A stretch of DNA of 33,590 nt from Thermoplasmatota archaeon (GCA_030836605.1 JAUPMC010000091.1:1-33590), one strand, 5' to 3'. Positions 1-7,701 are shown, numbered from the stretch's first letter. The notes: a model not told the origin generated them from the letters alone. Numbers and translations are program-made.

Positions 1-1
1 C

Positions 2-79
2 ACGTACGACGACGCGTACCTCGAGGTGGCCTTCGCCATCGACATGGGATGGTGGGCGTTCCTCAACGACTACAACTGA
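2..79 (+). CDS. 3' end of an unidentified CDS entering from upstream (...TYDDAYLEVAFAIDMGWWAFLNDYN*)
   Basis: The frame is open from the window edge to TGA at 77-79 and is followed by a hairpin plus T-run. No recognisable motif in the 25 visible residues. Confidence 0.3.
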   Translation, partial: TYDDAYLEVAFAIDMGWWAFLNDYN

Positions 80-94
80 AACCTCTCTGACAAC

Positions 95-133
95 GAGAGG
101 GGCGGGCGGCCCCTCTCCAACCATCTTATTTTC
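95..133 (+). terminator. Putative terminator: perfect 8-bp hairpin followed by a T-rich tract
   Basis: GAGAGGGG (95-102) pairs with CCCCTCTC (110-117) across a 7-nt loop, followed by cttatttt (about 125-132). It lies directly downstream of the stop at 77-79. Confidence 0.4.
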
Positions 134-169
134 GCGGCGACAGCGGCTCGGTGCCATGTCGTCGGTGCG

Positions 170-387
170 GTTGTTCAGGCCTTCGACCGAGAGACAGGCG
201 CGGCGGCCCTTACGGACGGGTGGAGGGTCCACTACGACATGGTGCGGACGCATCAGACACTCGGAAAGACGCCTGCGGAGGCCGCCGATTTGCCCCCTCT
301 AACGGGCTTCAAATGGCACGAGCTTTTGAAGCTAGCCAGCACCCGAAAAGAAACAGCGGACAAACAGCAGACAGCCAACACCCGCTA
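170..387 (+). pseudogene. C-terminal remnant of a DDE transposase/integrase (rve-type, IS6/IS240-like tail), with no start codon or catalytic core
   Basis: The frame-2 translation ...AFDRERQAAALTDGWRVHYDMVRTHQTLGKTPAEAADLPPLTGFKWHELLKLAS...* ends at TAA 385-387. This matches the typical '..W..hYN.vRpHqaLgGkTPAEaA...kW..L' end of archaeal IS transposases. There is no ATG/GTG/TTG and no DDE domain upstream. Confidence 0.45.
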
Positions 388-490
388 ATGCACCAGAACC
401 GAGGGCTGGAAACGTATAAATATCACGGAGTTCATACTGACATTTGTCTGACGAACACTGCGATATCGTCGGACGACAGGAGACTGCCAG

Positions 491-805
491 ATGGTAGAGT
501 CAGAGAGGGTCACAATCCGGCTCCCCGAGGAGCGCGTCCATTCACTCCAGGCTCTCGTGGACCAGGGCAGGTTCTCCACCATATCCGACGCGATCAGGGC
601 GGCCATCGACAAGTTCGTCGAGGGCGAGTTCACGCCGGAATACATCGAGAAGGTCACAGTCGAGATGCCGAAGGGGAATGTGGTCAACCTGAAGCACCTC
701 GTACAAGACGGCGACTCCGTGTCCGTAGACGACGCGATAAGGAACGCCGTGCGCGAGTACATACGAAAGAGACTGTCAAAGGCGACTGAGGAACTGGAGC
801 GGTGA
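491..805 (+). CDS. Ribbon-helix-helix (CopG/Arc-like) DNA-binding protein containing two tandem RHH units
   Basis: ATG at 491 is preceded by AGGAG (478-482). Unit 1 is VTIRLPEERVHSLQALVDQGRFSTISDAIRAAIDKFV. Unit 2 is VTVEMPKGNVVNLKHLVQDGDSVSVDDAIRNAVREYI. Both fit the strand-helix-helix pattern. The gene sits directly upstream of ftsZ. Confidence 0.8.
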   Translation: MVESERVTIRLPEERVHSLQALVDQGRFSTISDAIRAAIDKFVEGEFTPEYIEKVTVEMPKGNVVNLKHLVQDGDSVSVDDAIRNAVREYIRKRLSKATEELER

Positions 806-894
806 CGGTCTAGGATTCAAGGGATGGGACGATGTCGGCCACGCACGCATGTACGCATGAGCGCCAGCCCTCTTCCGGGAGGCTCGATTAGCGC

Positions 895-1953
895 ATGCTC
901 AACAGGATGATCCAGGACGCGCTCGAGAACGAGACCGACTTCGAAGCGCGCCTGTCACCGAAGATATGCGTCGTCGGCTGCGGCGGCGGCGGGTCCAACA
1001 GCGTCCACAGGATGAACAGGGTCGGCCTCGGCGGCGTCGACACCATAGTCATCAACACGGACAGCCACCACTTGTCCAGGGTCAACTCCCAGAAGAAGCT
1101 CTTGATCGGCGACTACTTCACGAACGGGTACGGGACGGGCGGCGACGCGGCTGTCGGCGAGAAGGTCGCATACGAGTCGCTGGACAAGATCGAGTCGCTC
1201 GTCCGCGATTACGACATAGTCTTCGTCACCGCTGGCATGGGCGGCGGCACGGGCACGGGCGCGGCCCCGGTCGTGGCTGAGGCCGCGCGCAAGCATGGCG
1301 CCATATCCGTCGCGCTCGTGACGATCCCGTTCGACATCGAGAAGGGCAGGTCCAGGGTCGCGATGGAGGGAATTGTGAAGCTGCGCGAGCGCGCCCACAG
1401 CACCATCATCCTCGACAACAACAGGCTCCTGAAGATCGTCCCGAAGCTGCCGGTCGAGCAGGCGTTCATGGTCATGGACCAGCTCATTGTCGAGGTCGTC
1501 AAGGGCGTCACGGAGACGATCTGCGAGACGAGCATGATCAACCTGGACTTCGCGGACTTCAGGGCCATGATGCTCAAGGGCGGCGCCTCCACGGTCCTGT
1601 ACGGCGAGAACGACGACGCCGAGAAGGTCGTGATCGAGGCGTTGAACAACCCGCTGATGGACTTCGACTTCGAGGGCGCCACGGGCGCCATGATACACGT
1701 CACGGGCGGCCCGCGCCTGTCCCTGAAGAAGGCCTACGAGGTCTTCAACGGCGTCACGAACAGGCTCAGCGACAGCGCGCACATCAAGCTCGGCGCGAGG
1801 ATAGACCCAGACATAGGCAACGGCATCAAGCTCATGGCGATCGTCACGGGCATCAAGACGCCCAAGGCGCTCGCGTCGTGCTCCTCATCGATAGGCATAG
1901 ACGAGGTCGGTTACAGGGCCCCGTCGTACGGCCTGGCAGGAGCCTTAGGATGA
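895..1953 (+). CDS. ftsZ: Cell division GTPase FtsZ
   Basis: N-terminal ICVVGCGGGGSNSV and the tubulin signature GMGGGTGTGAAPVVAE are present, and a 352-aa length is typical for archaeal FtsZ. Confidence 0.95.
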   Translation: MLNRMIQDALENETDFEARLSPKICVVGCGGGGSNSVHRMNRVGLGGVDTIVINTDSHHLSRVNSQKKLLIGDYFTNGYGTGGDAAVGEKVAYESLDKIESLVRDYDIVFVTAGMGGGTGTGAAPVVAEAARKHGAISVALVTIPFDIEKGRSRVAMEGIVKLRERAHSTIILDNNRLLKIVPKLPVEQAFMVMDQLIVEVVKGVTETICETSMINLDFADFRAMMLKGGASTVLYGENDDAEKVVIEALNNPLMDFDFEGATGAMIHVTGGPRLSLKKAYEVFNGVTNRLSDSAHIKLGARIDPDIGNGIKLMAIVTGIKTPKALASCSSSIGIDEVGYRAPSYGLAGALG

Positions 1954-1996
1954 ACTAAATCCTCCCCCCACACAGCAAGCAACCAACAAGAAGAAA

Positions 1997-2035
1997 CGCC
2001 CCTCACCGTAACTTGGAGGGGCGACCCCCCTTTTT
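1997..2035. terminator. Putative bidirectional terminator hairpin between convergent ftsZ and the trmJ-like gene
   Basis: CGCCCCTC (1997-2004) pairs with GAGGGGCG (2016-2023) across an 11-nt loop, followed by CCCCCC TTTTT (T5 at 2031-2035). It overlaps the last codons of the minus-strand gene. Confidence 0.35.
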
Positions 2036-2755
2036 CCTCCGTCTCTTTGGGACTTCGCCGTCCGAGGCCTTCCTCATCGTGTCGTTCAGCACGCCCATGA
2101 GCGTGTGGAACTCCCAGGTCGACGGCGCGGACCTCGCGACGAGCCTCCTGAACATGACCTTCGTCTTGGTCCTCTTGTGCCGCGGGTAGTCGATCGTGTC
2201 CAGGAGCATGGCGAAGTACTCGTGGAGCTTCTCAGTTTCGAGCTCGGTGGCCTTCCTCGGCTCCCACTTGATCACGCTGGACGCGAATAGCTCGTAGAAG
2301 ACGACCGCGGCAGCGTGGCTGATGTTCATTATGGTGTACTCTGGGTTTGCGGGGACCGTGACCAGGAAGTCGCAGCGTCTTATCAGCTCCTTGTCGAGCC
2401 CGAAGTCCTCGCGGCCGAACAGGAGCGCGACGGTGCCATCCATGTCCTTGACCTTGTCCGCGAACTCCTTGGGCGTCATGGATATCCTGGAGAAGCGCTT
2501 CTCGTTGGATGTGGACACGCCGGATGTGGCGGCGACGAAGTCCACGTCCTTCAGCGCCTCCTCGTCCGTGAACACGCGCTTGGCGTTCTGCAGGACATCG
2601 ATCGCGTGCATCGACCTCTTGGTCGCCTCCTCGCCGATGGCGCACGGTCGGACGAGCACGAGCTCGTCGAGTCCGAAGTTCTTCATGGCCCTCGCGATGG
2701 CGCCGACGTTCCCGTCGTGCAAGGGCTCGATCAGGACTACCCTGAACCGGGGCAC
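2003..2755 (-). CDS. SpoU/TrmH-family RNA 2'-O-methyltransferase (TrmJ-like) with a basic C-terminal tail
   Basis: Motifs: FRVVLIEPLHDGNVGAIARAMKNFG, LLFGREDFGL, and NISHAAAVVFYEL (the SPOUT knot region). The ORF is open to ATG 2836, but GTG 2755 (VPRFRVVL...) lies 27 nt from a TATA box and avoids overlap with truA. The start is therefore uncertain (2755 or 2836). Confidence 0.8.
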   Translation of the reverse strand: MPRFRVVLIEPLHDGNVGAIARAMKNFGLDELVLVRPCAIGEEATKRSMHAIDVLQNAKRVFTDEEALKDVDFVAATSGVSTSNEKRFSRISMTPKEFADKVKDMDGTVALLFGREDFGLDKELIRRCDFLVTVPANPEYTIMNISHAAAVVFYELFASSVIKWEPRKATELETEKLHEYFAMLLDTIDYPRHKRTKTKVMFRRLVARSAPSTWEFHTLMGVLNDTMRKASDGEVPKRRRKKGGRPSKLR

Positions 2756-2777
2756 GCCATCGGCACGGATGCCGCAT

Positions 2778-2796
2778 GTATTTAACTCTGTAGCAG
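2778..2796. promoter_or_regulatory. Shared TATA box of a bidirectional promoter for two apparently leaderless genes (trmJ-like and truA)
   Basis: The only A/T-rich element in the 52-nt divergent spacer is gTATTTAActctgtagcag. Its centre (about 2782) is 27 nt from GTG 2755 on the minus strand and 26 nt from GTG 2808 on the plus strand. Confidence 0.45.
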
Positions 2797-2807
2797 ATAA
2801 CCTGGCT

Positions 2808-3611
2808 GTGGAGACGGACCGCAGGATTGCGCTCAAGTTCGCCTACGACGGGGGCAGCTTCTTCGGCTTCCAGAGGCAGCCCGTGGGCGTCACCGTCGAG
2901 GGCTCGCTCGTGCACGCATTGGCGAAGGTCGGCGCGATACGCTCCGCGCGCGAATGCGGGTACAGGAGCTCGAGCCGGACGGACCGGGGCGTGAGCGCGC
3001 TCTGCAACATCATATCGTTCAGGACCTCGTTCCCGACGGGTGCGCTTTGCGCGGCGGTCAACTCGGAAATGGAGGACATCTGGGCGTATTCCGCCATCGA
3101 GGTGCCGGACGCTTTCAACCCGCGTGGGGCGAGACAGCGCTGGTACAGGTACCATCTTCCCAAGTCCTGTCAGGACCCCCGCCTCCTTCGCGAGATAGCG
3201 TCCAGGTTCGTTGGCGTCCACGACTTCTCGGGATACGCGAGGAAGGACGACAGGAACCCCATGAGGAGCATCGACTCCGTCACGGTCGAGGACGCCGGCA
3301 TGTTCTACGCGGTCGATTTCCGAGCGGAGAGCTTCCTCTGGAACATGGTCCGCAGGATCGTCTGGATGATGAACGAGGGCAGCTCGGGCCGGATGGACCT
3401 GGACTGCATCGGCCCGAAGCCGAAGAAGAAGCCCGTCAGGATCGGCCTCTCCCCGCCGGAGTACCTGGTGCTCATGGACATCGACTGCGGGGTGGAGTTC
3501 CCGGCGGACCAGCGCGCGCTCCTTGGGATCCGGCTCGCGGTCGACGCGAGGTTGAGGAAGAATGCGATGGGCACCGCCTTCGCCTCCCTGCTGGGCGAGC
3601 GCGTCGTGTGA
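2808..3611 (+). CDS. truA: tRNA pseudouridine synthase A (TruA/Pus1 family)
   Basis: RIALKFAYDGGSFFGFQRQP..., the catalytic RTDRGVSA motif, and YRYHL are present. The tracked ORF (2322..3611) is antisense to the trmJ-like gene for its first 480 nt. Homology begins at GTG 2808. Confidence 0.85.
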   Translation: METDRRIALKFAYDGGSFFGFQRQPVGVTVEGSLVHALAKVGAIRSARECGYRSSSRTDRGVSALCNIISFRTSFPTGALCAAVNSEMEDIWAYSAIEVPDAFNPRGARQRWYRYHLPKSCQDPRLLREIASRFVGVHDFSGYARKDDRNPMRSIDSVTVEDAGMFYAVDFRAESFLWNMVRRIVWMMNEGSSGRMDLDCIGPKPKKKPVRIGLSPPEYLVLMDIDCGVEFPADQRALLGIRLAVDARLRKNAMGTAFASLLGERVV

Positions 3612-3639
3612 GCCTTGATATCTCCGCACGTTCGTATGG

Positions 3640-4164
3640 ATGGTCGAGATGAGAGTGGCTGTAACGGGGACGCCCGGCGTCGGCAAGACATCATCGTCCA
3701 GCCTGGTCCGGTCGGTCAAGGTCGTCCACGTGAACGACATCGTCGACGACTGCGGCGCAGTCGTCGGGTTCGACGAGCGCAGGAAGACCAAGGAGGTCGA
3801 CGTCAAGAAGCTCGGGAAGGCCGTGTCGAAGATGGACGGCGACATGCTCCTCGAGGGGCATTTCGCGCACCTCCTGGGGGTCGATGTGGCCATAGTCCTC
3901 CGCTGCTCGCCCAAGGTCCTCGGGGAGCGCCTCGCCTCGAAAGGCTGGTCTCCGGCGAAGGTCCGCGAGAACGTGGAGGCGGAGGCGGTCGACGTGATAC
4001 TGGTCGAGGCCGTGGAGAACGCCCCCGCCGTCTGCGAGATCGACACGACCGGGAAGACCCCCGAGCAGGTGGCGGCGTCGATAGAGGAGATAATCGCCGG
4101 AGAAATAGAGAAATATCCAGTAGGCAATGTTGACTGGAGCAAGGAGGTCCTGGACTGGTTCTAG
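3640..4164 (+). CDS. Fap7/AK6-type putative adenylate kinase (ribosome-biogenesis NTPase)
   Basis: The P-loop is MRVAVTGTPGVGKT. The size is about 170 aa and the C-terminus (...GNVDWSKEVLDWF) is typical of archaeal Fap7 homologues. The start may be ATG 3649 rather than 3640. Confidence 0.75.
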   Translation: MVEMRVAVTGTPGVGKTSSSSLVRSVKVVHVNDIVDDCGAVVGFDERRKTKEVDVKKLGKAVSKMDGDMLLEGHFAHLLGVDVAIVLRCSPKVLGERLASKGWSPAKVRENVEAEAVDVILVEAVENAPAVCEIDTTGKTPEQVAASIEEIIAGEIEKYPVGNVDWSKEVLDWF

Positions 4165-4217
4165 AGAGCTACAGGGGGGAGGCGGACAAGATACTCTCCC
4201 CGGCGGCGAAGAGGCTC

Positions 4218-4775
4218 GTGAGGATCAACCCGAACCACATATCCATCGCGTCCCTAGCGTTCGCGATGCTGGCAGGGCTCTTCTTCACTTTGGAGCCGGA
4301 GCACTTCCTGCTGCTGGCGGCCGTGATGGTCGGGATGAACGGCCTCTTGGACGCGCTCGACGGCAAGGTCGCGCGTCTCGTCGCGAAGGAGTCGAAGCGG
4401 GGGGACTTCGTCGACCACGTCATCGACAGGTACGCGGATGTCGTGATGCTCGCTGCGATAGCCATCAGCCCCTACTGCTCCATCTACCCTGGCCTGTTCG
4501 CGGTGATAGGGGTGATGCTGGCCAGTTACATGGGCACGCAGGCCCAGGCGCTCGGCCTCAGGCGGGAGTACCGGGGCATCCTCGGGCGAGCGGACAGGCT
4601 CGTACTGCTGATACTTGTGCCGATCGTGCAGTTCGCCCTGATAGCGCTCGACGCGTCGTTCGCGATGGACATCCTCGGCTTCTCGCTCATGGGCTGGATG
4701 ATGATATGGTTCGGGCTCGCGGGGAACGTGACCGCGGTCCAGCGCGCGCACATGATCTGGAAGTCACTTCCCTGA
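4218..4775 (+). CDS. CDP-alcohol phosphatidyltransferase family protein (archaetidyl-inositol-phosphate/serine synthase-like)
   Basis: The signature D-x2-DG-x2-AR-x8-G-x3-D-x3-D is seen as DALDGKVARLVAKESKRGDFVDHVIDRYAD, and the protein has multiple transmembrane segments. GTG 4218 is the first canonical start, but homology-like sequence continues upstream (see findings). Confidence 0.8.
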   Translation: MRINPNHISIASLAFAMLAGLFFTLEPEHFLLLAAVMVGMNGLLDALDGKVARLVAKESKRGDFVDHVIDRYADVVMLAAIAISPYCSIYPGLFAVIGVMLASYMGTQAQALGLRREYRGILGRADRLVLLILVPIVQFALIALDASFAMDILGFSLMGWMMIWFGLAGNVTAVQRAHMIWKSLP

Positions 4776-5831
4776 GGGCTTCTTGAACCGCTTCCCCTTG
4801 GCCTTGTAGTACGTGAGCGGGTGTGTCATCCACTCCCTCTTGCACAACGAGTCAGGGTCGAAGCATATCCCGTAGCTCTTCATCGTCGAGCACTCAGGGG
4901 GCGTGTACTCGGTCCCGGATATCTCCCCAGTAATGTGCTGTATCTGGTACCGTGACTTGCTCTCGTCGAAGTCCGGGGCCGACGAGAACGTCTCCAGGAC
5001 CTCGTCCGAGTTCATGCCGAGCTTGTGCAGGAAGGAGACGAGGGCGAACCTGCCCGAGTGTGGCAGGTTCTCGCCGTCCTGAATCATCTTGAGCATCTTC
5101 TTCATGCACGGCGGGAACCTGATGATGGAGACCCTGCCCATGCTCCTGGCCTTGAACTCCGCCCTCTTCTCGGCCATGATGTTCCCGATCTCGGAGATGT
5201 CCGCCGAGAACGCCAGCATGATGTCGTCGTTCACGGGCAGCGGCAGCTCGGAGGATATCTTGTCAGTGAGCATCTGCTGTATGAGCCTCACGAGCCGGTG
5301 CTTGGTGACCACGACCCTGCCGTGCGTGATCTGCTGGTTCACGAGCTTCCAGTCCTTGCTCCTCATCGTCGCTGAGAACCTCAGGAACGCGGTGAAGTCG
5401 ACCGAGATGGTGCCGCCGTCGACGACCACGTCGAGCCCGAGCTCCTCGGCGACGCGCTTGATGAACGCGAGGTCCTCTCCCCTGAGCCTCTCGTCCGCCT
5501 TCTTCGCCTCCGCGATGGCGTACCTGTTTACCAGCATCGGGTCCGCGACGGCGGACACGATCATCCTCGCGACCGGGTAGCTCAGCAGCTCGTTGTTCGC
5601 GTCCGCGGCCGACGCCATCGAATGGTCGTCGACCATGCCGCTCTCGACGGCCTCCATGACCCTCTCCTTGCCCATGAAGCGCGCGCGCTCGTACGCGACG
5701 CTCTTCGTTAGGCTGTCGAGGGTTATCCCGGAGTCCTTGAGGTAGCCTGTCGCCTCCTTCAGGAACGGGTACTTCGCGGCCAGCCGGACATCCAAAGCTG
5801 CGGTCCTCCTCGACTCGAATCGGGTGCTCAT
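4764..5831 (-). CDS. priL: DNA primase large (regulatory) subunit PriL
   Basis: The Fe-S domain motifs are FPPCMKKMLKMIQDGENLPHSGRFALVSFL...YTPPECSTMKSYGICF...CKREWMTHPLTYY, in a 355-aa protein. Confidence 0.9.
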   Translation of the reverse strand: MSTRFESRRTAALDVRLAAKYPFLKEATGYLKDSGITLDSLTKSVAYERARFMGKERVMEAVESGMVDDHSMASAADANNELLSYPVARMIVSAVADPMLVNRYAIAEAKKADERLRGEDLAFIKRVAEELGLDVVVDGGTISVDFTAFLRFSATMRSKDWKLVNQQITHGRVVVTKHRLVRLIQQMLTDKISSELPLPVNDDIMLAFSADISEIGNIMAEKRAEFKARSMGRVSIIRFPPCMKKMLKMIQDGENLPHSGRFALVSFLHKLGMNSDEVLETFSSAPDFDESKSRYQIQHITGEISGTEYTPPECSTMKSYGICFDPDSLCKREWMTHPLTYYKAKGKRFKKPSGK

Positions 5832-5858
5832 TACTATAAACTGACTGTTACTCTCTCA

Positions 5859-7478
5859 TTACGTGATGACGGAGAGGTGGACCTTCGCGGACCTCAGCGC
5901 CCCGGGCTCGTCGAACAGCGCCCAGAGCTCGGCCTCGTCCTTGAACGGCCTCTTGCGGACTATCGTCATCGCCCTCTTCTTGCCTATCCCGGGGATCGCG
6001 CCCAGCATGGAGAGGGTGGCGGTGTTCGCGTCTGTCGGGTGCAGGAGGCCGCCCACGCTCCTCGGGCCCCTGCCAGTTACGCTCACGTCTATCCTCTTGC
6101 CGACATCGAACGGGTAGGGGAGTCCGACGAGTATCGGGTAGCTCCCGGTCTGCCGGCCGAAGGTCCTGCCCCCTTCTCGGAGTTCGGTGTACACGCCAGT
6201 GAGTATGGTCCCTTCAGGGACCACGCGCCCGAGCATCGGCTCGTCTATCTCCTCCCTCACGGTCCTCTTGAACCTGGCGAAAGTCTCCTTGGACCTGACG
6301 CCCGGGAACTCCTCCCTCGACGGGACGACCTGTCGGATGTTTATCCTCCTCAGCATCAGCCCTTCGTCGAGCACGCTCCTGAGGAACTCGAGGTCGAGGT
6401 CATAGGTGGCCTTGGTCTCCCCGAGCAGCCCGCATAGTATGTTGATGCCTGGGAGCACCTTGGGCAGCCCCGTGGGCCCGCGCCCCCTCCCGACCTCGTT
6501 GACAAGCCTGATGGCCTCGAGCGTCTGCTCCGGGGTGGCGTTCAGGTTGTTGGCCTTCGCCACCGCGGGGTCGGCGCTCTCGAGCCCGAACGCGAGCACG
6601 TTCCCGCTCGTGCAGTACTCGGCTATCGCCTTCGTGATCCTCCTCGCCTCGTCGGGGTGCTCGGCGACTATGGCCGGGTTGGCGTTGTCCAGGTGGAACA
6701 CATCGGGCTTGGCCTCCTCGGATATGGCCCTCAGGAGCGAACCGACCGCCTCCGGGTTCGGCCTCGGAGTCTCCGACCTGCCGACCTCCTCGGATTGATA
6801 GCAGTACACGCACGACTGCGCGCCCAGCCTGTAGTTGCGCACGCCCGAGCGGGCGAGCGCGCGCACCTCATCGAGTATCGAGCGCGGGTCCCTGAACGAC
6901 ACGCGGCCGTAGAGCGGTTCGACGCAGAACCTGCAGCCGCCGGATACGTACCTGACGCAGCCCCTGTACATCTGGACCTCCGCGATCAACGGGCCCCAGA
7001 TGTCGGGGTGCTGGGCGCAGACCTGCGCGCCCCGCTTGAGCCACGCGTCCCATTCCTCCTCTGTCCTGCCCCTGTCCCCGAGCGTCTTGGCCGTGACGGC
7101 GTCGAAGACGGTCGCGTCGAGGTCGCCTGAGGTTATCAAGTCGAACGCGTCACGCAGGTCCTCCCTGACCGCGCCAGGGGCGACCCCCAGGCTGGCGACC
7201 GCCGGCCCCTTGAATCCCGCCCGGACCGCCAGCAGCTCCCTGTCGCTCGCGGGCATGCCCCTGATGTACTTCCCCGGGACGGCGACGTTCCTGACCACTG
7301 CCAGCAGGTCCCCGGCCGGGAGACCGCCCTCCCTCCACTGGTCTATCGTCAGGTAACTGACCTCGGCCCCGGCGGCCTGCGCGGCACCGTAGCAGAGCCT
7401 CACGTAAGGCGAGACGTATGGCGGCACGCCCAGGCAGGCGGGCTCGTCCGTGTATCCGTCGAGGAGGACTACCCTCAT
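5859..7478 (-). CDS. Radical SAM protein with an N-terminal B12-binding-like/Rossmann-like domain and a C-terminal helix-hairpin-helix
   Basis: The cluster motif is C-x3-C-x2-C (GGCRFCVEP). An Elp3-like core is present (GLESADPAVAKANNLN). The C-terminal HhH reads LGAIPGIGKKRAMTIVRKRPF. I favour ATG 7478 (MRVVLLDGYTDEP) because it is 28 nt from a TATA-like box. The ORF extension to 7571 runs through a GC hairpin. Confidence 0.8.
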   Translation of the reverse strand: MRVVLLDGYTDEPACLGVPPYVSPYVRLCYGAAQAAGAEVSYLTIDQWREGGLPAGDLLAVVRNVAVPGKYIRGMPASDRELLAVRAGFKGPAVASLGVAPGAVREDLRDAFDLITSGDLDATVFDAVTAKTLGDRGRTEEEWDAWLKRGAQVCAQHPDIWGPLIAEVQMYRGCVRYVSGGCRFCVEPLYGRVSFRDPRSILDEVRALARSGVRNYRLGAQSCVYCYQSEEVGRSETPRPNPEAVGSLLRAISEEAKPDVFHLDNANPAIVAEHPDEARRITKAIAEYCTSGNVLAFGLESADPAVAKANNLNATPEQTLEAIRLVNEVGRGRGPTGLPKVLPGINILCGLLGETKATYDLDLEFLRSVLDEGLMLRRINIRQVVPSREEFPGVRSKETFARFKRTVREEIDEPMLGRVVPEGTILTGVYTELREGGRTFGRQTGSYPILVGLPYPFDVGKRIDVSVTGRGPRSVGGLLHPTDANTATLSMLGAIPGIGKKRAMTIVRKRPFKDEAELWALFDEPGALRSAKVHLSVIT

Positions 7479-7500
7479 GTCCGTTCCGAATCGATTTGCC

Positions 7501-7512
7501 CTCATAATATGT
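7501..7512 (-). promoter_or_regulatory. TATA-like box for the radical SAM-priL operon (leaderless geometry)
   Basis: The minus strand reads gaaCATATTATGag. Its centre (about 7506) is about 28 nt upstream of ATG 7478. Confidence 0.35.
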
Positions 7513-7701
7513 TCAGTTCTCGGAGCGGTCGCCCGACGCGCGCGCCTGGGGGCGCGCGTGTACGATAACAACCTATTAATCCGTCGAAATTATCACGTGC
7601 TGGTAGCAAGAAGCGCAACAAACAGTCCATATGGTTGCGCGAAACAGTGAGTCAGACCAACGAGTTTCGACATTGATACGGATACAGAGGGGTTGAATCG
7701 A

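Noticed and set aside
151-789. A 212-aa plus-strand ORF crossing the IS remnant and the RHH gene
   Set aside because: It is out of frame with both the transposase-like peptide and the well-formed RHH protein. Its Arg-rich translation has no motif.
2232-4142. A 636-aa minus-strand ORF covering trmJ/truA/fap7
   Set aside because: It overlaps three motif-supported genes, its composition is Arg/Ala/Pro-biased, and no domain is recognisable. It is a high-GC artefact.
7479-7571. An N-terminal extension of the radical SAM ORF (MLSYTRAPRRARRATAPRTEHIMRANRFGTD)
   Set aside because: It is Arg/Ala-rich, runs through a GC hairpin and the TATA-like box, and the conserved domain starts at MRVVLLDGYTDEP (ATG 7478).
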